A DNA stretch of 60,737 nt from assembly GCA_964407865.1 (NCBI GenBank), contig CAYOXC010000004.1:1-60737 (forward strand), in the 5' to 3' direction. The stretch is from an uncultured Gammaproteobacteria bacterium. GTDB lineage: Bacteria > Patescibacteriota > Patescibacteriia > Magasanikbacterales > GWA2-37-8. Below the pieces are notes generated by a model. That model made no database searches. It saw nothing but the letters and a program-made list of their open reading frames with translations, and was not told the DNA's origin. Positions 36,834 to 47,577 of this stretch are shown one piece after another. The translations under genes were made by a program, and so were the position numbers. Numbering within the stretch: the stretch's first letter is position 1; the number at the start of each line of letters is the position of its first letter.

Positions 36834-37871
36834 TTAAAATAAAGAGTCTGTCCTTGGCAGATCAAAACCCAGATGTTTATAGGCTAGAGGCGTCGCTTTG
36901 CGGCCTCTTTGTGTGCGTTCTAGAAATCCAGTTTGCATCAGGTATGGTTCAAAAACATCTTCAATCGCTTCAATTTCTTCGGCTATGGTAGCAGCCAGGG
37001 TATTTAGCCCAACCGGTCCGCCGTTAAATTTTTCAATCAAAGCGGAAAGCAAGCGTCGATCCACTTCTTCCAAACCGTATTCATCAATTGAGAGCAGGTT
37101 TAGTGCGGATTTTGCGCTCGATAAATCAATTTGTCCGCTATTATGCACTTCAGCAAAGTCGCGGACTCTTTTAAGTAGGCGGTTAGCTACTCTAGGAGTT
37201 CGACGGGCCCGTTCGGCAATCAAGCCAGTAGCTTTGGGTTCAATCGGTACATTTAGAATAGTCGCGTTTCTATTTATTATTTGTTCAATATCTGCCGGTT
37301 CGTAGAAATTTAGGCGGAAGCTGTGCCCAAAGCGATCCCGCATTGGCCCTGAAAGCATGCTCATTTTAGTGGTAGCACCAATCAAGGTAAATCTGTTCAA
37401 AGGCATCCGTATTGTTCGCGCGGCCGGTCCCGAGCCAATAATAATATCTAGAGAATAGTCTTCCATGGCCGGATAAAGCACTTCTTCAATGGTTTTGTTT
37501 AGACGATGAATTTCGTCTATAAACAGAACCTCACCAGCTTCCAAGTTGGAAAGAATAGCTGCCAGATCCCCCACTTTTTCCAGAGCCGGGCCAGAGGTAA
37601 CTTTGATGTTTCCGCCCATTTCTCGGGCGATAATGTGAGCCAAGGTAGTTTTGCCTAATCCTGGGTTGCCATAAAGCAGAATATGCTCCAATGGTTCGTC
37701 TCTTTTCTTGGCCGCCTGGATGGAAATATTCAAATTTTCCTTGATTTGTCCTTGGCCAACAAAGTCCTTGAGCTCTCTGGGTCGCAAAGTAATTTCAAGC
37801 TGTACTTCTTCAGAAGAAGCGCTTGGATCAGCCAGTCTTTCTTCGTAATTTTCATTAATTTCTTCTTCCAT
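36834..37871 (-). CDS. ruvB: Holliday junction branch migration helicase RuvB
   Basis: 'LRPREL.DFVGQ', GNPGLGKTT, 'LFIDEIHRL', 'RRTPRVANRLLKRVRD'. Confidence 0.97.
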   Translation of the reverse strand: MEEEINENYEERLADPSASSEEVQLEITLRPRELKDFVGQGQIKENLNISIQAAKKRDEPLEHILLYGNPGLGKTTLAHIIAREMGGNIKVTSGPALEKVGDLAAILSNLEAGEVLFIDEIHRLNKTIEEVLYPAMEDYSLDIIIGSGPAARTIRMPLNRFTLIGATTKMSMLSGPMRDRFGHSFRLNFYEPADIEQIINRNATILNVPIEPKATGLIAERARRTPRVANRLLKRVRDFAEVHNSGQIDLSSAKSALNLLSIDEYGLEEVDRRLLSALIEKFNGGPVGLNTLAATIAEEIEAIEDVFEPYLMQTGFLERTQRGRKATPLAYKHLGFDLPRTDSLF

Positions 37872-37971
37872 ATTGTTGGTATTGTAGTATATCGATGTTC
37901 GATTGTCTATGGATGGACGCCTGACTCCGGACTCTGGTTGCCGAAGTCTGAAGTCTAGAGTCAGACTTTTC

Positions 37972-37980
37972 TGTGGATAA
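37972..37980. promoter_or_regulatory. Single perfect DnaA box in the ruvB/nrdD divergent region
   Basis: TGTGGATAA (reverse complement of TTATCCACA). Confidence 0.45.
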
Positions 37981-38074
37981 CTTTAATGCCGGTTTAAAAA
38001 ATCGCACTGTTGAGAGAAAAAATGGTAGTTTGGTAAGTTCTGAAAAATAATGTTATAATGGTATCGCTGAGAAA

Positions 38075-38122
38075 ATACTATATATTGTGTATCAAAAAGA
38101 ATTTGAACACAAGATATAGTGT
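38075..38122. promoter_or_regulatory. Tandem NrdR boxes
   Basis: atactatatattgtgt (38075) and acacaagatatagtgt (38107) are 32 bp apart, downstream of TG-TATAAT (38054-38059), and fit acaCwAtATaTwGwgt. Confidence 0.8.
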
Positions 38123-38202
38123 TTAATAAAAATGGCCTTTTTAGGAGGGTTTTGCAGGCAGAACAAATTTTTTAATTATTTTTCTCTGAAAATCTGAACA
38201 CT

Positions 38203-40311
38203 ATGTTCAAGAAAATTAAAAAACGCGACGGTCAAGTCGTTAAGTTTGATGCAAAAAAAATTACTAATGCTATCGCCAAAGCTGGTCTGGCTTCAGGTGA
38301 GTTTGATGAAAAGGTTGCTGATCGCCTAACAACGCGCGTATTAGCTTTAGCCACCGAAGTAACTACTAAAAAAGTTCCGAATGTTGAAGAGATACAAGAC
38401 ATAGTTGAGGAGGTTCTTTTTAATTCCGCTTATAAAAAAGCGGCAAAAGGATATATTATTTACCGCGACCAACACGCCCAAATTCGAGAGATAAACAATA
38501 AGGCCTCAGTAAGTTTAGTTGACCAGTATCTTGATCAGCTTGATTGGCAGGTAAATGAAAACAGCAACATGACTTTTTCTCTGCAGGGGTTGAACAATTA
38601 TATTTCTTCAGAGATAAGTAAGGTATATTGGGTCAATAAAATTTATCCTAAAGAAATTAAGGAAGCATATTTGAACGGAGATTTTCATATTCATGATTTG
38701 AATATTTTATCCGTATATTGCGTTGGCTGGGATTTGTATGATCTATTGTCAGAAGGATTTAAAGGCGTGCCGGGAAAAATTGAATCAAAAGCGCCGAAAC
38801 ATTTCAGGAGCGCCTTAGGACAGATTGTAAATTTCTTTTACACTTTGCAGGGTGAGTCAGCCGGCGCTCAGGCTTTTTCCAATTTTGATACTTTGCTCGC
38901 CCCTTTTATTCGATACGATGAGTTAACCTATACTGAGGTCAAACAAGCTTTGCAGGAGTTTCTTTTTAACATGAATGTTCCGACCAGAGTCGGCTTTCAG
39001 ACGCCTTTTACCAATGTCACTTTGGATCTTGAAGTGCCAAAATATTACAAAGAACAAACCGTGATAATTGGCGGCAAGCCAATGAAGGAGTGTTATGGCG
39101 ATTTTCAAAAAGAGTTGGATATTTTTAATAAAGCATTTTTTGAAGTAATGCGTGAAGGCGATGCCAAGGGTCGGGTGTTTACTTTTCCTATTCCAACTTA
39201 CAATATCACCAAAGATTTTGATTGGGATAATCCCAAATATAATGATCTTTGGACCATAACGGGAAAATACGGCATTCCTTATTTTTCTAATTTTGTTAAT
39301 TCTGAAATGAACCCAGAAGACGCCAGGTCAATGTGTTGCCGGCTTAGAATCGACAACCGCTCTCTTGAGCGAAGAGGCGGTGGACTTTTTGGAGCGAATC
39401 CTTTAACCGGTTCAGTTGGAGTGGTTACTTTGAATTTACCTCGGCTTGGCTATGTAGCTAAAACTGAAAAGGAATTTTTTTCTAAGCTGGGACGTTTAAT
39501 GGACCTAGCTAAAGAGAGTTTGGAAATTAAGCGTAAAATTTTGGAAAAATTCACTGAAAAAAATCTTTATCCTTATTCAAAATACTATCTGCGCCACATG
39601 AAAGAGCGTCACGGCGTATATTGGAAGAATCATTTTAACACCATTGGTATTATTGGCATGAATGAAGCTGTTTTGAATTTGTTGAAACAAAATATCGCCA
39701 GTGAAAAAGGGCGTAAGTTTACTGAAAAAACCCTTGATTTTATGCGGAAAAAATTATTGGAGTACCAGAAAGAAACAGGCAATAACTATAATTTGGAGGC
39801 AACTCCGGCCGAGGGCACTTCCTATCGTTTGGCTCAAAAGGATAAGGAAAGATATCCAAATATTGTCGTAGCCAATGAAGATCAATATACAAAAGTAAAA
39901 ATTGATCCTTTTTACACTAACTCAACTCATTTGCCAGTTAATTATACGGACGATATTTTTGAAGCCCTGGACTTACAGGATAGTTTGCAGTCGCGCTATA
40001 CCGGAGGCACAGTCATGCATTTGTACGTGGGTGAAAAAATATCCGACCCGGAAGCGGTTAAAAACATGGTTAGGAAAATCTGCAAAAATTACCATTTGCC
40101 GTATTTTACATTTTCACCAACTTTCAGTGTATGTCCGACTCACGGTTATCTAAGCGGTGAAAAATATAAATGTCCCGAGTGTGGAGCCAAGTGCGAGGTT
40201 TATTCACGTGTTGTTGGCTACTTGCGTCCGGTTGAACAGTGGAACAAAGGCAAGCGGGCAGAGTATAAAATGAGGCGCGCCTACAAGACGCTGTTGCCTT
40301 TGGCAGTATGA
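38203..40311 (+). CDS. nrdD: Class III anaerobic ribonucleoside-triphosphate reductase with ATP cone
   Basis: ATP cone 'IKKRDGQVVKFD', 'SMCCRL', 'EATPAEG', glycyl-radical motif 'YSRVVGYLRP'. Confidence 0.95.
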   Translation: MFKKIKKRDGQVVKFDAKKITNAIAKAGLASGEFDEKVADRLTTRVLALATEVTTKKVPNVEEIQDIVEEVLFNSAYKKAAKGYIIYRDQHAQIREINNKASVSLVDQYLDQLDWQVNENSNMTFSLQGLNNYISSEISKVYWVNKIYPKEIKEAYLNGDFHIHDLNILSVYCVGWDLYDLLSEGFKGVPGKIESKAPKHFRSALGQIVNFFYTLQGESAGAQAFSNFDTLLAPFIRYDELTYTEVKQALQEFLFNMNVPTRVGFQTPFTNVTLDLEVPKYYKEQTVIIGGKPMKECYGDFQKELDIFNKAFFEVMREGDAKGRVFTFPIPTYNITKDFDWDNPKYNDLWTITGKYGIPYFSNFVNSEMNPEDARSMCCRLRIDNRSLERRGGGLFGANPLTGSVGVVTLNLPRLGYVAKTEKEFFSKLGRLMDLAKESLEIKRKILEKFTEKNLYPYSKYYLRHMKERHGVYWKNHFNTIGIIGMNEAVLNLLKQNIASEKGRKFTEKTLDFMRKKLLEYQKETGNNYNLEATPAEGTSYRLAQKDKERYPNIVVANEDQYTKVKIDPFYTNSTHLPVNYTDDIFEALDLQDSLQSRYTGGTVMHLYVGEKISDPEAVKNMVRKICKNYHLPYFTFSPTFSVCPTHGYLSGEKYKCPECGAKCEVYSRVVGYLRPVEQWNKGKRAEYKMRRAYKTLLPLAV

Positions 40312-41000
40312 CCTTCGGCGGATGGCAAAAATTTTCTTTAATCGATTTTCCAGGTTTCGCTTGTGCCATACTGTTTACCCAAGGATGTTCCTTCCGTTGT
40401 CCCTTTTGCCACAATCCGGAATTGATTAATTCTTCACAGGAAATGTTTGCTCCGGTTACGGAAAAAGAAATATTTGATTTTTTGAAAACGCGACAGAGTA
40501 AGCTGGATGGGGTGGTGATTACAGGAGGCGAACCAACTCTACAGCCTGATTTGGCGGATTTTATAAAAAAAGTTAAGCAAATGGGTTTTAAGGTTAAACT
40601 TGATACAAATGGCAGTCATCCTGAAAAACTGAAGCAGTTGATAGATGAAGAGTTGGTTGATTATATTGCCATGGATTACAAAGCGCCGCTTGAAAATTAT
40701 CAATCTCATATTGGTTCTTTGGTTGATGTGGAGAAAATTAAGCGAAGCGTGCATTTGATAATGAATTCTAGTTTGCCCTATGAATTCCGCACGACAGTAG
40801 TAAAAGAAGTACTTAGCCCGAAAGATATAAAAAAAATAGCAGAAGAGATAAAAGACGCTAGATTGTATATTTTACAAAAATTTATTCCTGATAAAACTTT
40901 GGATCCAAGCTATCAAACCATGACCACTTATTCTGACGAAGAGCTTGATCAGATAATATTACAACTTAAACCGTTTGTCGCAGAGTGCCTGTGGCGATAA
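40308..41000 (+). CDS. nrdG: Radical SAM activase for class III RNR
   Basis: CSFRCPFCHN, 'GVVITGGEPTL', 'KLDTNGS'. Overlaps the nrdD stop. Confidence 0.92.
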   Translation: MTFGGWQKFSLIDFPGFACAILFTQGCSFRCPFCHNPELINSSQEMFAPVTEKEIFDFLKTRQSKLDGVVITGGEPTLQPDLADFIKKVKQMGFKVKLDTNGSHPEKLKQLIDEELVDYIAMDYKAPLENYQSHIGSLVDVEKIKRSVHLIMNSSLPYEFRTTVVKEVLSPKDIKKIAEEIKDARLYILQKFIPDKTLDPSYQTMTTYSDEELDQIILQLKPFVAECLWR

Positions 41001-41043
41001 ACAAAAAACACCCTATTCTGCCACGGGGTGTTTTTTTGTTTAT
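40998..41043. terminator. Bidirectional terminator between nrdG and tRNA-Leu
   Basis: taaacaaaaaacaccc...gggtgtttttttgttta. Confidence 0.7.
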
Positions 41044-41052
41044 TAATTTAAG

Positions 41053-41134
41053 TGGTCCGGGTGGGAATCGAACCCACACGCCTTGCGGCAAGGGATTTTA
41101 AGTCCCTCGTGTATACCAGTTTCACCACCGGACC
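41053..41134 (-). tRNA. tRNA-Leu(TAA), CCA not encoded
   Basis: GGTCCGG/CCGGACC acceptor, anticodon loop ctTAAaa, long variable arm. Confidence 0.93.
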
Positions 41135-41279
41135 AATGTAAATATGCCCAAATATTATCACATTTTTACTGAAAAATCAAGATGTTTATGACATTATAAT
41201 ATTCTGGTTAAAAAAAGTACATAATTGTGTTATAATATTGTTATCTCAGCGGTTTTTCAATTGTCGAATTTTTTTAGTT

Positions 41280-43103
41280 ATGAAAAAGGCAAAAAGGAGC
41301 GGTGAAAAATCCAATAAAAAAATATTAGGCTTCACTTTAATGGAAGTCTTAGTTGGCACGACAGTATTTGTTTTATTTGCTTTAGGTGTTTATGAAGGTG
41401 TCCGTTTTATTTACAAAGTTGTTTATTCTTCCAGGCTGCGCATAGTTGAGACAGCTATTCTTTCTGAGTTGGTTGAAACAGTGCGCAATATGCCTTATGA
41501 AAATGTAGGTACAGTTGGCGGTGTACCAGCCGGTACAATAGAATATGAAAGAATATTTATTCGCGATGGTGCGACTTATCGCGTTCTGACTACGGTGCGT
41601 AATATCGATGACCCGTTTGATGGCACTATGACTTCCACCCCGCAGGACACTTCTCCAGCTGACTACAAGCTGGTGGAAATGTCGATTCTCTGCCTAAATT
41701 GTATGCAAGGGCAGCCAGTGATATTAAATTCTCTTATTGCTCCCAATGGCCTTGAAAATGCTTCATATAATGGAGCTCTTTTTATTCGCGTTTTTGATTC
41801 AGCCGGCCAGCCAATACCAGAAGCAGATGTTGAAATTATTAACACTTCAGTTGATCCGTATATATCCACTCAGGATATTACTGATACCCAAGGTTATTTG
41901 AAATTAATTGACACTCCGACCAGTACGCAAAATTATGAGATTATTGTCAGCAAAGAAGGATATTCAAGTGATTATACAGTTTCAACTACGCCAGAAAGAA
42001 CAAAACCAAAAAAGCCTCATGCCACCGTGTCTGAAAGAAGCATTACACAATCATATTTTTCGATTGATTTGTTATCTACCATGCAGGTCCATACAATGTC
42101 TCAATCTTGTTCAGTTGCAGGCAATAGGCTATTTAATATTTGGGGAGACAAGTTAATCGGTGAAGATCCGCCAGAGCCAAAATATTATGATACATTTACC
42201 ACTGACGCAAACGGAGATTACACTATAAGCAATCTTGAATGGGACGATTATTATTTTAATGCCAATACTTCTGCCTATGATGTGGCCGGTACTATTCCGA
42301 TGATGCCAATTGGCCTGGAAGCCGGCGGCAGTCAAGAGGTTACTCTTATTTTAAAAGCTCACACCAGCAATTCTTTGCTTGTAAATGTTTCTGACTATGC
42401 TACCGAACTGCCTTTATCCGGCGTAAATGTGCGGATTTACAGTCCAACAACAAGCTATGACCAAAGTTTCTCAACCGGTTTAGGTTATTCTAGGCAAACC
42501 GATTGGTCTCAAGGCAATGGTCAAGAATTATTTATCAATGAAGACGAGTATTATGATGACGATGGGAATATTGAAATAAACTCGCCGGCAGGAGATATTA
42601 AATTAAAATTATTTGGTTCGGATTATGCATTATCTGGTTGGCTGGAATCGTCTACTTTTGATATTGGCGAATCAGTAAATTTTCAAAATATTGTTTGGCA
42701 ACCCTTGGAGCAGCCAACAGAAACCGGAGATAATCCAGTAAAATTACAACTAGCCACTAGCAATTCCAGCTCACCGGCAAGTTGGGATTTCTTAGGGCCT
42801 GACGGCACTAGTGCGACTTATTATACGGCTACAAATACCCTAATATATTTCGGTCATGACGATGATCGTTATTTGCGTTATCGGGTTTATTTGGGTACTG
42901 ACGATAGTGCATTCACACCCCACTTGTCTGATATTTCTTTTACCTATACCAATTCATGTATTCCGCCGGGACAAAGTTACTTTTCTTCACTTTTAGCTCA
43001 AGAATTTATTTTTGAATTATCTAAATCAGGATATTTAACAACTACGGGCACGGTTGATGTTTCCGGTTATTCTACGCTTTGGGTGCCAATGGTAAGCGAT
43101 TAA
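41280..43103 (+). CDS. Large type IV minor pilin with prepilin N-terminus and carboxypeptidase-regulatory-like beta-sandwich domains
   Basis: Class III signal G^FTLMEVLV, Ig-like 'LFIRVFDSAGQPIPEADVEI'. Confidence 0.75.
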   Translation: MKKAKRSGEKSNKKILGFTLMEVLVGTTVFVLFALGVYEGVRFIYKVVYSSRLRIVETAILSELVETVRNMPYENVGTVGGVPAGTIEYERIFIRDGATYRVLTTVRNIDDPFDGTMTSTPQDTSPADYKLVEMSILCLNCMQGQPVILNSLIAPNGLENASYNGALFIRVFDSAGQPIPEADVEIINTSVDPYISTQDITDTQGYLKLIDTPTSTQNYEIIVSKEGYSSDYTVSTTPERTKPKKPHATVSERSITQSYFSIDLLSTMQVHTMSQSCSVAGNRLFNIWGDKLIGEDPPEPKYYDTFTTDANGDYTISNLEWDDYYFNANTSAYDVAGTIPMMPIGLEAGGSQEVTLILKAHTSNSLLVNVSDYATELPLSGVNVRIYSPTTSYDQSFSTGLGYSRQTDWSQGNGQELFINEDEYYDDDGNIEINSPAGDIKLKLFGSDYALSGWLESSTFDIGESVNFQNIVWQPLEQPTETGDNPVKLQLATSNSSSPASWDFLGPDGTSATYYTATNTLIYFGHDDDRYLRYRVYLGTDDSAFTPHLSDISFTYTNSCIPPGQSYFSSLLAQEFIFELSKSGYLTTTGTVDVSGYSTLWVPMVSD

Positions 43104-43116
43104 GTTAAGATTGATT

Positions 43117-43740
43117 ATGAATTTGTTAAAAAAAATTAACAATCGCGGTGTTTCGTTGCTTGAGGCCATAATAGCAATGAGTATTTTTTTAATGATAATC
43201 GGCGGGGTTGTCGCTATAATGCAATTCGGTTTTTTCTCGCGCGATGTTGTTTGGGAGCAGTTAAAGACGCAAAGCGAAGGCCGGCGTGTGATCCAGGGTT
43301 TTATTGACGAGATCAGAACTGCCAACGAATCTTCACTCGGCTCCTATCCTATTGAAGCGGTATCAACTACAGAATTTATTTTCTTTTCCAATATTGACGA
43401 CGATTCTCAAATGGAAAGGGTTCGATATTTTTCGGAAAACAAAGAATTTATTAAAGGCATAATAAATCCGAGCGGCAATCCATTGAGCTATGTTTCTTCT
43501 ACTGAGACAACATCAACCATAGCTCATGATATTGAAAACGATGTGAATACTCCGGTTTTTGAATATTATGGTCAGAACTATGACGGTTCAGTTTCAACCA
43601 CTCCTTTAACATACCCTATTGATGTTACACAAATTAGAATGGTGCACATAAAGCTTCTAATGGAAGAAGATCCAAATATTTCACCGGCACCATTTTTGAT
43701 TGAAGCCAAAGCGCATTTGCGCAATCTAAAAAGTAATTAA
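43117..43740 (+). CDS. Type IV minor pilin (PilW-like)
   Basis: G^VSLLEAIIAM prepilin motif. Confidence 0.75.
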   Translation: MNLLKKINNRGVSLLEAIIAMSIFLMIIGGVVAIMQFGFFSRDVVWEQLKTQSEGRRVIQGFIDEIRTANESSLGSYPIEAVSTTEFIFFSNIDDDSQMERVRYFSENKEFIKGIINPSGNPLSYVSSTETTSTIAHDIENDVNTPVFEYYGQNYDGSVSTTPLTYPIDVTQIRMVHIKLLMEEDPNISPAPFLIEAKAHLRNLKSN

Positions 43741-43751
43741 CATATTTTGCT

Positions 43752-45170
43752 ATGTCGAGGACTAAATCTAAAAAAACAACTGTCCAAGGCAAGATTATTA
43801 AGACAATAATAAGTTTACGCCACGATACGAGAGGCAACTTAATTTTATTTGCCACTGTTTTTGGCATCATTGCTTTTTCCGTGGTAGTGGCTGCTGTTTC
43901 CGGTTATGCTATTGGCGAAAATCGCGCTTCAGTACATAAACATAACAGCGAATTAGCTTTTCAAGTAGCTGAAGCAGGCCTTAATTACTATCGTTGGCAT
44001 TTAGCCCACGACCCGACTGATTATCAGGATGGGACTGCTACTTCCGGACCATATATTCATGAATATGAAGACAAAAACGGAAATTTAATTGGTTATTTTT
44101 CTCTGGAAATCACAGTACCACCTATTGGTTCTACTATAGTGCAAGTTGAATCAACAGGATGGTTGGTAGAGCAGCCAAATACAAAACGCATTGTACGCAT
44201 GCGACTGGGATTCCCTTCTATTACTGATTATTCGCTTTTGAGTGATGCTGATGTTTGGATTGGAGATACTGAGTCGACTCATGGTAAATTTCACTCGAAT
44301 CATGGTATTAGATTTGACGGTGTCTGTGACGCGCCTGTGACTAGCGCAGTCGCAACTTATACATGCAAATATCATCAGGGTTGTGGAACCGATCAAGAAA
44401 AACCTGGTATTTGGGGTCAGGGTGGACCACAAGAGTTTTGGAGTTTTCCCGTGCCAGAAACAGATTTTGCCGGGATAACCATTAATTTAGCGGAAATTCA
44501 GGCACAAGCCGAATCAAACGGACTTTATCTTTCTGCTTCAGGCGCCTATGGCTGGCGGTTGAATTTTAAATCTGACGGAACAGTTGAGGTGAATGAAGTT
44601 ACTTCTTTGAAGTGTTATAAAGGCAGAGATGTGTTTGATGTAAAGCAAAAAGATTTTTGTATTGATATCAAAACACTTGATTCAAATACTTCTACCTATG
44701 CCGTGCCGACTAGCAGCTTTATTTTTGTTGAAGATAATTTTTGGGTGCAGGGTGTGGTAAAGGGGCGCGCTACTATCGGCACATCTGCCGGCAAGTCAAT
44801 TATGATTCCAGATAATATTACTTATTATGCCAAAGATGGAAATCATGTGCTTGGGTTGATTGCTGAGCAAAATGTTCTTATTCCTCATGACACACCTAAT
44901 GATATGGAAATTGACGCTGCCATGGTTGCTCAAAACGGGGCGGCAAAGCGCTATGATTATCCCGGTGACATAAAAGACGAGCTCATTATTTACGGATCGG
45001 TAATATCTAAAGGTATTTGGACCTGGGCTTGGACTTCCGGCGGCGGACCTGTTACTTCAGGTTACCGCGAATTGCAGATGGTATATGATGAACATTTAAC
45101 TTTTGGCCCGCCCGCAGGTTTTCCGGTTGGTTCAGAATACCAAGTTTTAAGCTGGGAAATCATACAATAA
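43752..45170 (+). CDS. PilX-like minor pilin with large C-terminal domain
   Basis: 'RGNLILFATVFGII' and 'AFQVAEAGLNY', third gene of the minor-pilin cluster. Confidence 0.7.
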   Translation: MSRTKSKKTTVQGKIIKTIISLRHDTRGNLILFATVFGIIAFSVVVAAVSGYAIGENRASVHKHNSELAFQVAEAGLNYYRWHLAHDPTDYQDGTATSGPYIHEYEDKNGNLIGYFSLEITVPPIGSTIVQVESTGWLVEQPNTKRIVRMRLGFPSITDYSLLSDADVWIGDTESTHGKFHSNHGIRFDGVCDAPVTSAVATYTCKYHQGCGTDQEKPGIWGQGGPQEFWSFPVPETDFAGITINLAEIQAQAESNGLYLSASGAYGWRLNFKSDGTVEVNEVTSLKCYKGRDVFDVKQKDFCIDIKTLDSNTSTYAVPTSSFIFVEDNFWVQGVVKGRATIGTSAGKSIMIPDNITYYAKDGNHVLGLIAEQNVLIPHDTPNDMEIDAAMVAQNGAAKRYDYPGDIKDELIIYGSVISKGIWTWAWTSGGGPVTSGYRELQMVYDEHLTFGPPAGFPVGSEYQVLSWEIIQ

Positions 45171-45234
45171 TAAATTGATTTGTCACTTGGTCAGTGTTAT
45201 AATATGCCTATAAATTAATGAGAATAATTTTTTT

Positions 45235-46095
45235 ATGATTACTAAAGTAGTTATACCTGTTGCCGGTATTGGCACTCGTTTTTTACCGGCAACCAAAGCT
45301 CAACCAAAAGAAATGCTTCCCGTGGTTGATAAGCCGATTATTCAGTATGTAGTTGAAGATGCTGTCAGATCGGGTATTACCGATATTATTTTTATTACCG
45401 GCCCTTCTAAGCGCGCCGTTGAAGATCATTTTAGTCCGCATTATGAATTAATAAACGTGCTAAAAAAGCAGGGCAAAAAAGAGATGGCCGAAGAAGTTAA
45501 AAAAATTGCCGACATGGCTAATTTTATTTTTATCCGGCAGAGGGGTCCTTATGGCAATGGCACGCCAGTGCTTTGCGCAAAACCGATTGTTGGAGATGAA
45601 CCATTTGCCGTTCTTTGGGGAGATGAATTTTTTTATACCCCCAAAAAACCCCATATCAAACAGTTGATAGATACTTATGATAAATACGGCGATCCAGTTT
45701 TAACAGCGCACAGAGTAGACAATGAGGGAACTACAAAGTACGGAATTATTGACGGCACAGAAGTTGAAAAAGGCGTTTATCAGGTAAAAAATGTTGTTGA
45801 AAAACCAGGCCCAGAAAAAGCTCCTAGCAGGATAGCGTCGCTTGGCGGGTATGTTTTGACTCCGGATATTTTTAAGGCCCTTGAGTCAACAAAACTTGGC
45901 AAGGGGGGAGAGCGGTGGTTAGTGGATGCGATTTTTAAGCTTTTGAAAAAAAGACCAATTTACGCCAAGCTTGTTGAGGGAGAGTATTATGATACTGGTT
46001 CAAAATTTGGCTATCTTAAAGCAAACGTTGACTTTGCTCTACGTAACTCCAAACTAAAGAAAGAGTTTAAAAAATACCTAAAAAGTGTGGTATAA
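45235..46095 (+). CDS. galU: UTP-glucose-1-phosphate uridylyltransferase
   Basis: 'VIPVAGIGTRFLPATKAQPKEMLPVVDKP', 'YDTGSKFGYLKA'. Confidence 0.95.
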   Translation: MITKVVIPVAGIGTRFLPATKAQPKEMLPVVDKPIIQYVVEDAVRSGITDIIFITGPSKRAVEDHFSPHYELINVLKKQGKKEMAEEVKKIADMANFIFIRQRGPYGNGTPVLCAKPIVGDEPFAVLWGDEFFYTPKKPHIKQLIDTYDKYGDPVLTAHRVDNEGTTKYGIIDGTEVEKGVYQVKNVVEKPGPEKAPSRIASLGGYVLTPDIFKALESTKLGKGGERWLVDAIFKLLKKRPIYAKLVEGEYYDTGSKFGYLKANVDFALRNSKLKKEFKKYLKSVV

Positions 46096-46170
46096 TAGAC
46101 AAATGTTAAAATAATACGATTTGTTTTAATGTTTAGGTGTTGCACATAGTTAGTTAGATATATTTTTATT

Positions 46171-47574
46171 ATGCGGAACATAAAATTTTCAGTATTTATC
46201 GTTTCACTCATTATCGTTTGTTTTGTTTTTTCTGGATTTGGCTGTAAAGGAATGTCAAAAGAGGAGGTTGCGGCGACAAAACCAGTGGAATTGGAATATT
46301 GGACAGTCTATGATGATGTTGAACAACTAAACGCAGCTATTGGAAAATATAGAGCTCAGCGTCCATATCTTACGGTAACTGTACGCCAATTACGTTCCGA
46401 TGAGCTTTATAGTCGCCTGACTGAAGCATTATCCGAAGATCAGGGTCCGGATATTATATCGGTTCATGTGAGAGAGTTGCCTAGATATCAAAGCAAACTA
46501 TCTTCAATGCCGCCAAGTTATACAGATACCACTGTGATAACAAAAAAGAATATTGTTAATCAGATAGAAACGATTATTAATACCATGCCAGTGTCTTTGC
46601 CGACAGTCTATGGTATTGATCGTGAATTTTTACAAACCGTTAAAAAAGATGTTATTTTAGATAATAAAATTTATGGTTTGCCGATTTCTTTGGATACAAT
46701 GGCAATTTATTACAACAAAGATTTACTTGATCGTTCGCAAGTAGCTGAACCGCCAACCACCTGGGAGGAATTTCAGGAAGCAGTGAGGAAGATTTCCAAA
46801 ATCAATAGTGAAACAGGACAGATCGTTCAATCCGGCGCGGCTTTAGGCGGAGCGGGAAATATTGTAGGTATAGATGACATACTTTATATTCTTTTTAAGC
46901 AAAGCGGGGTGGAAATGATTTCGCGCGACAACAAAGCGGTCTTTAATCTCTCGCCAAGAGGTATTTCCTCTAATATCGAGAGTCCAGCAATGTCGGTGAT
47001 GAATTTTTATACTGATTTTGCCAATTCAACTCGCGATACTTATTCTTGGAACGAAACCATGGCCGAATCGCTTGAGGCGTTTGCCCAGGGAAGAACTGCT
47101 TTTTTCTTAGGCTATAGTTATCACAACGCCCAAATAAAAGCTCGGGCGCCACAGCTGAATTTTGGTATTTTGCCTTTACTTCAACTTGATCCAGAAAAAC
47201 CTGTCAATGTGGCAAATTATTGGATTCAGTCTGTTGTTGGAAAATCCAGAAATCAAAATGAAGCCTGGGGCTTGATTAATTATTTGACTCGCTCAAAGGC
47301 GACTGAGGAATATTTGACTGCCACAAAACGACCAACTGCTTTGAGAAGCTTGGTAAACAGTCAAAAAGAAGATATTGATTTAAGCCCTTTTGTTATTCAA
47401 TTGCTTATTGCCGACAATTGGTATCGGGGAAATAATTATGATGGGGCAGTTCAAGCTCTGAAAGACATGGTGATAGAATGGCAACAGATTCCGCCAAATT
47501 ATGAAGATAAAATTCCGCAGTGGCACCAGGAAACGCTCAATCGGGCGGCAGCAAAAATTAACCAAACTTTATAG
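46171..47574 (+). CDS. Extracellular solute-binding lipoprotein (carbohydrate ABC family 1-like), no permease in this window
   Basis: Lipobox FGC, 'GPDII', 'IYGLPISLDTMAIYYNKDLL', 'PPTTWEEF'. Confidence 0.8.
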   Translation: MRNIKFSVFIVSLIIVCFVFSGFGCKGMSKEEVAATKPVELEYWTVYDDVEQLNAAIGKYRAQRPYLTVTVRQLRSDELYSRLTEALSEDQGPDIISVHVRELPRYQSKLSSMPPSYTDTTVITKKNIVNQIETIINTMPVSLPTVYGIDREFLQTVKKDVILDNKIYGLPISLDTMAIYYNKDLLDRSQVAEPPTTWEEFQEAVRKISKINSETGQIVQSGAALGGAGNIVGIDDILYILFKQSGVEMISRDNKAVFNLSPRGISSNIESPAMSVMNFYTDFANSTRDTYSWNETMAESLEAFAQGRTAFFLGYSYHNAQIKARAPQLNFGILPLLQLDPEKPVNVANYWIQSVVGKSRNQNEAWGLINYLTRSKATEEYLTATKRPTALRSLVNSQKEDIDLSPFVIQLLIADNWYRGNNYDGAVQALKDMVIEWQQIPPNYEDKIPQWHQETLNRAAAKINQTL

Positions 47575-47577
47575 GCT

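Noticed and set aside
37972-37980. Replication origin
   Set aside because: Only one perfect DnaA box, with no box cluster and no dnaA/dnaN nearby. The near-boxes at 59703-59722 are degenerate.
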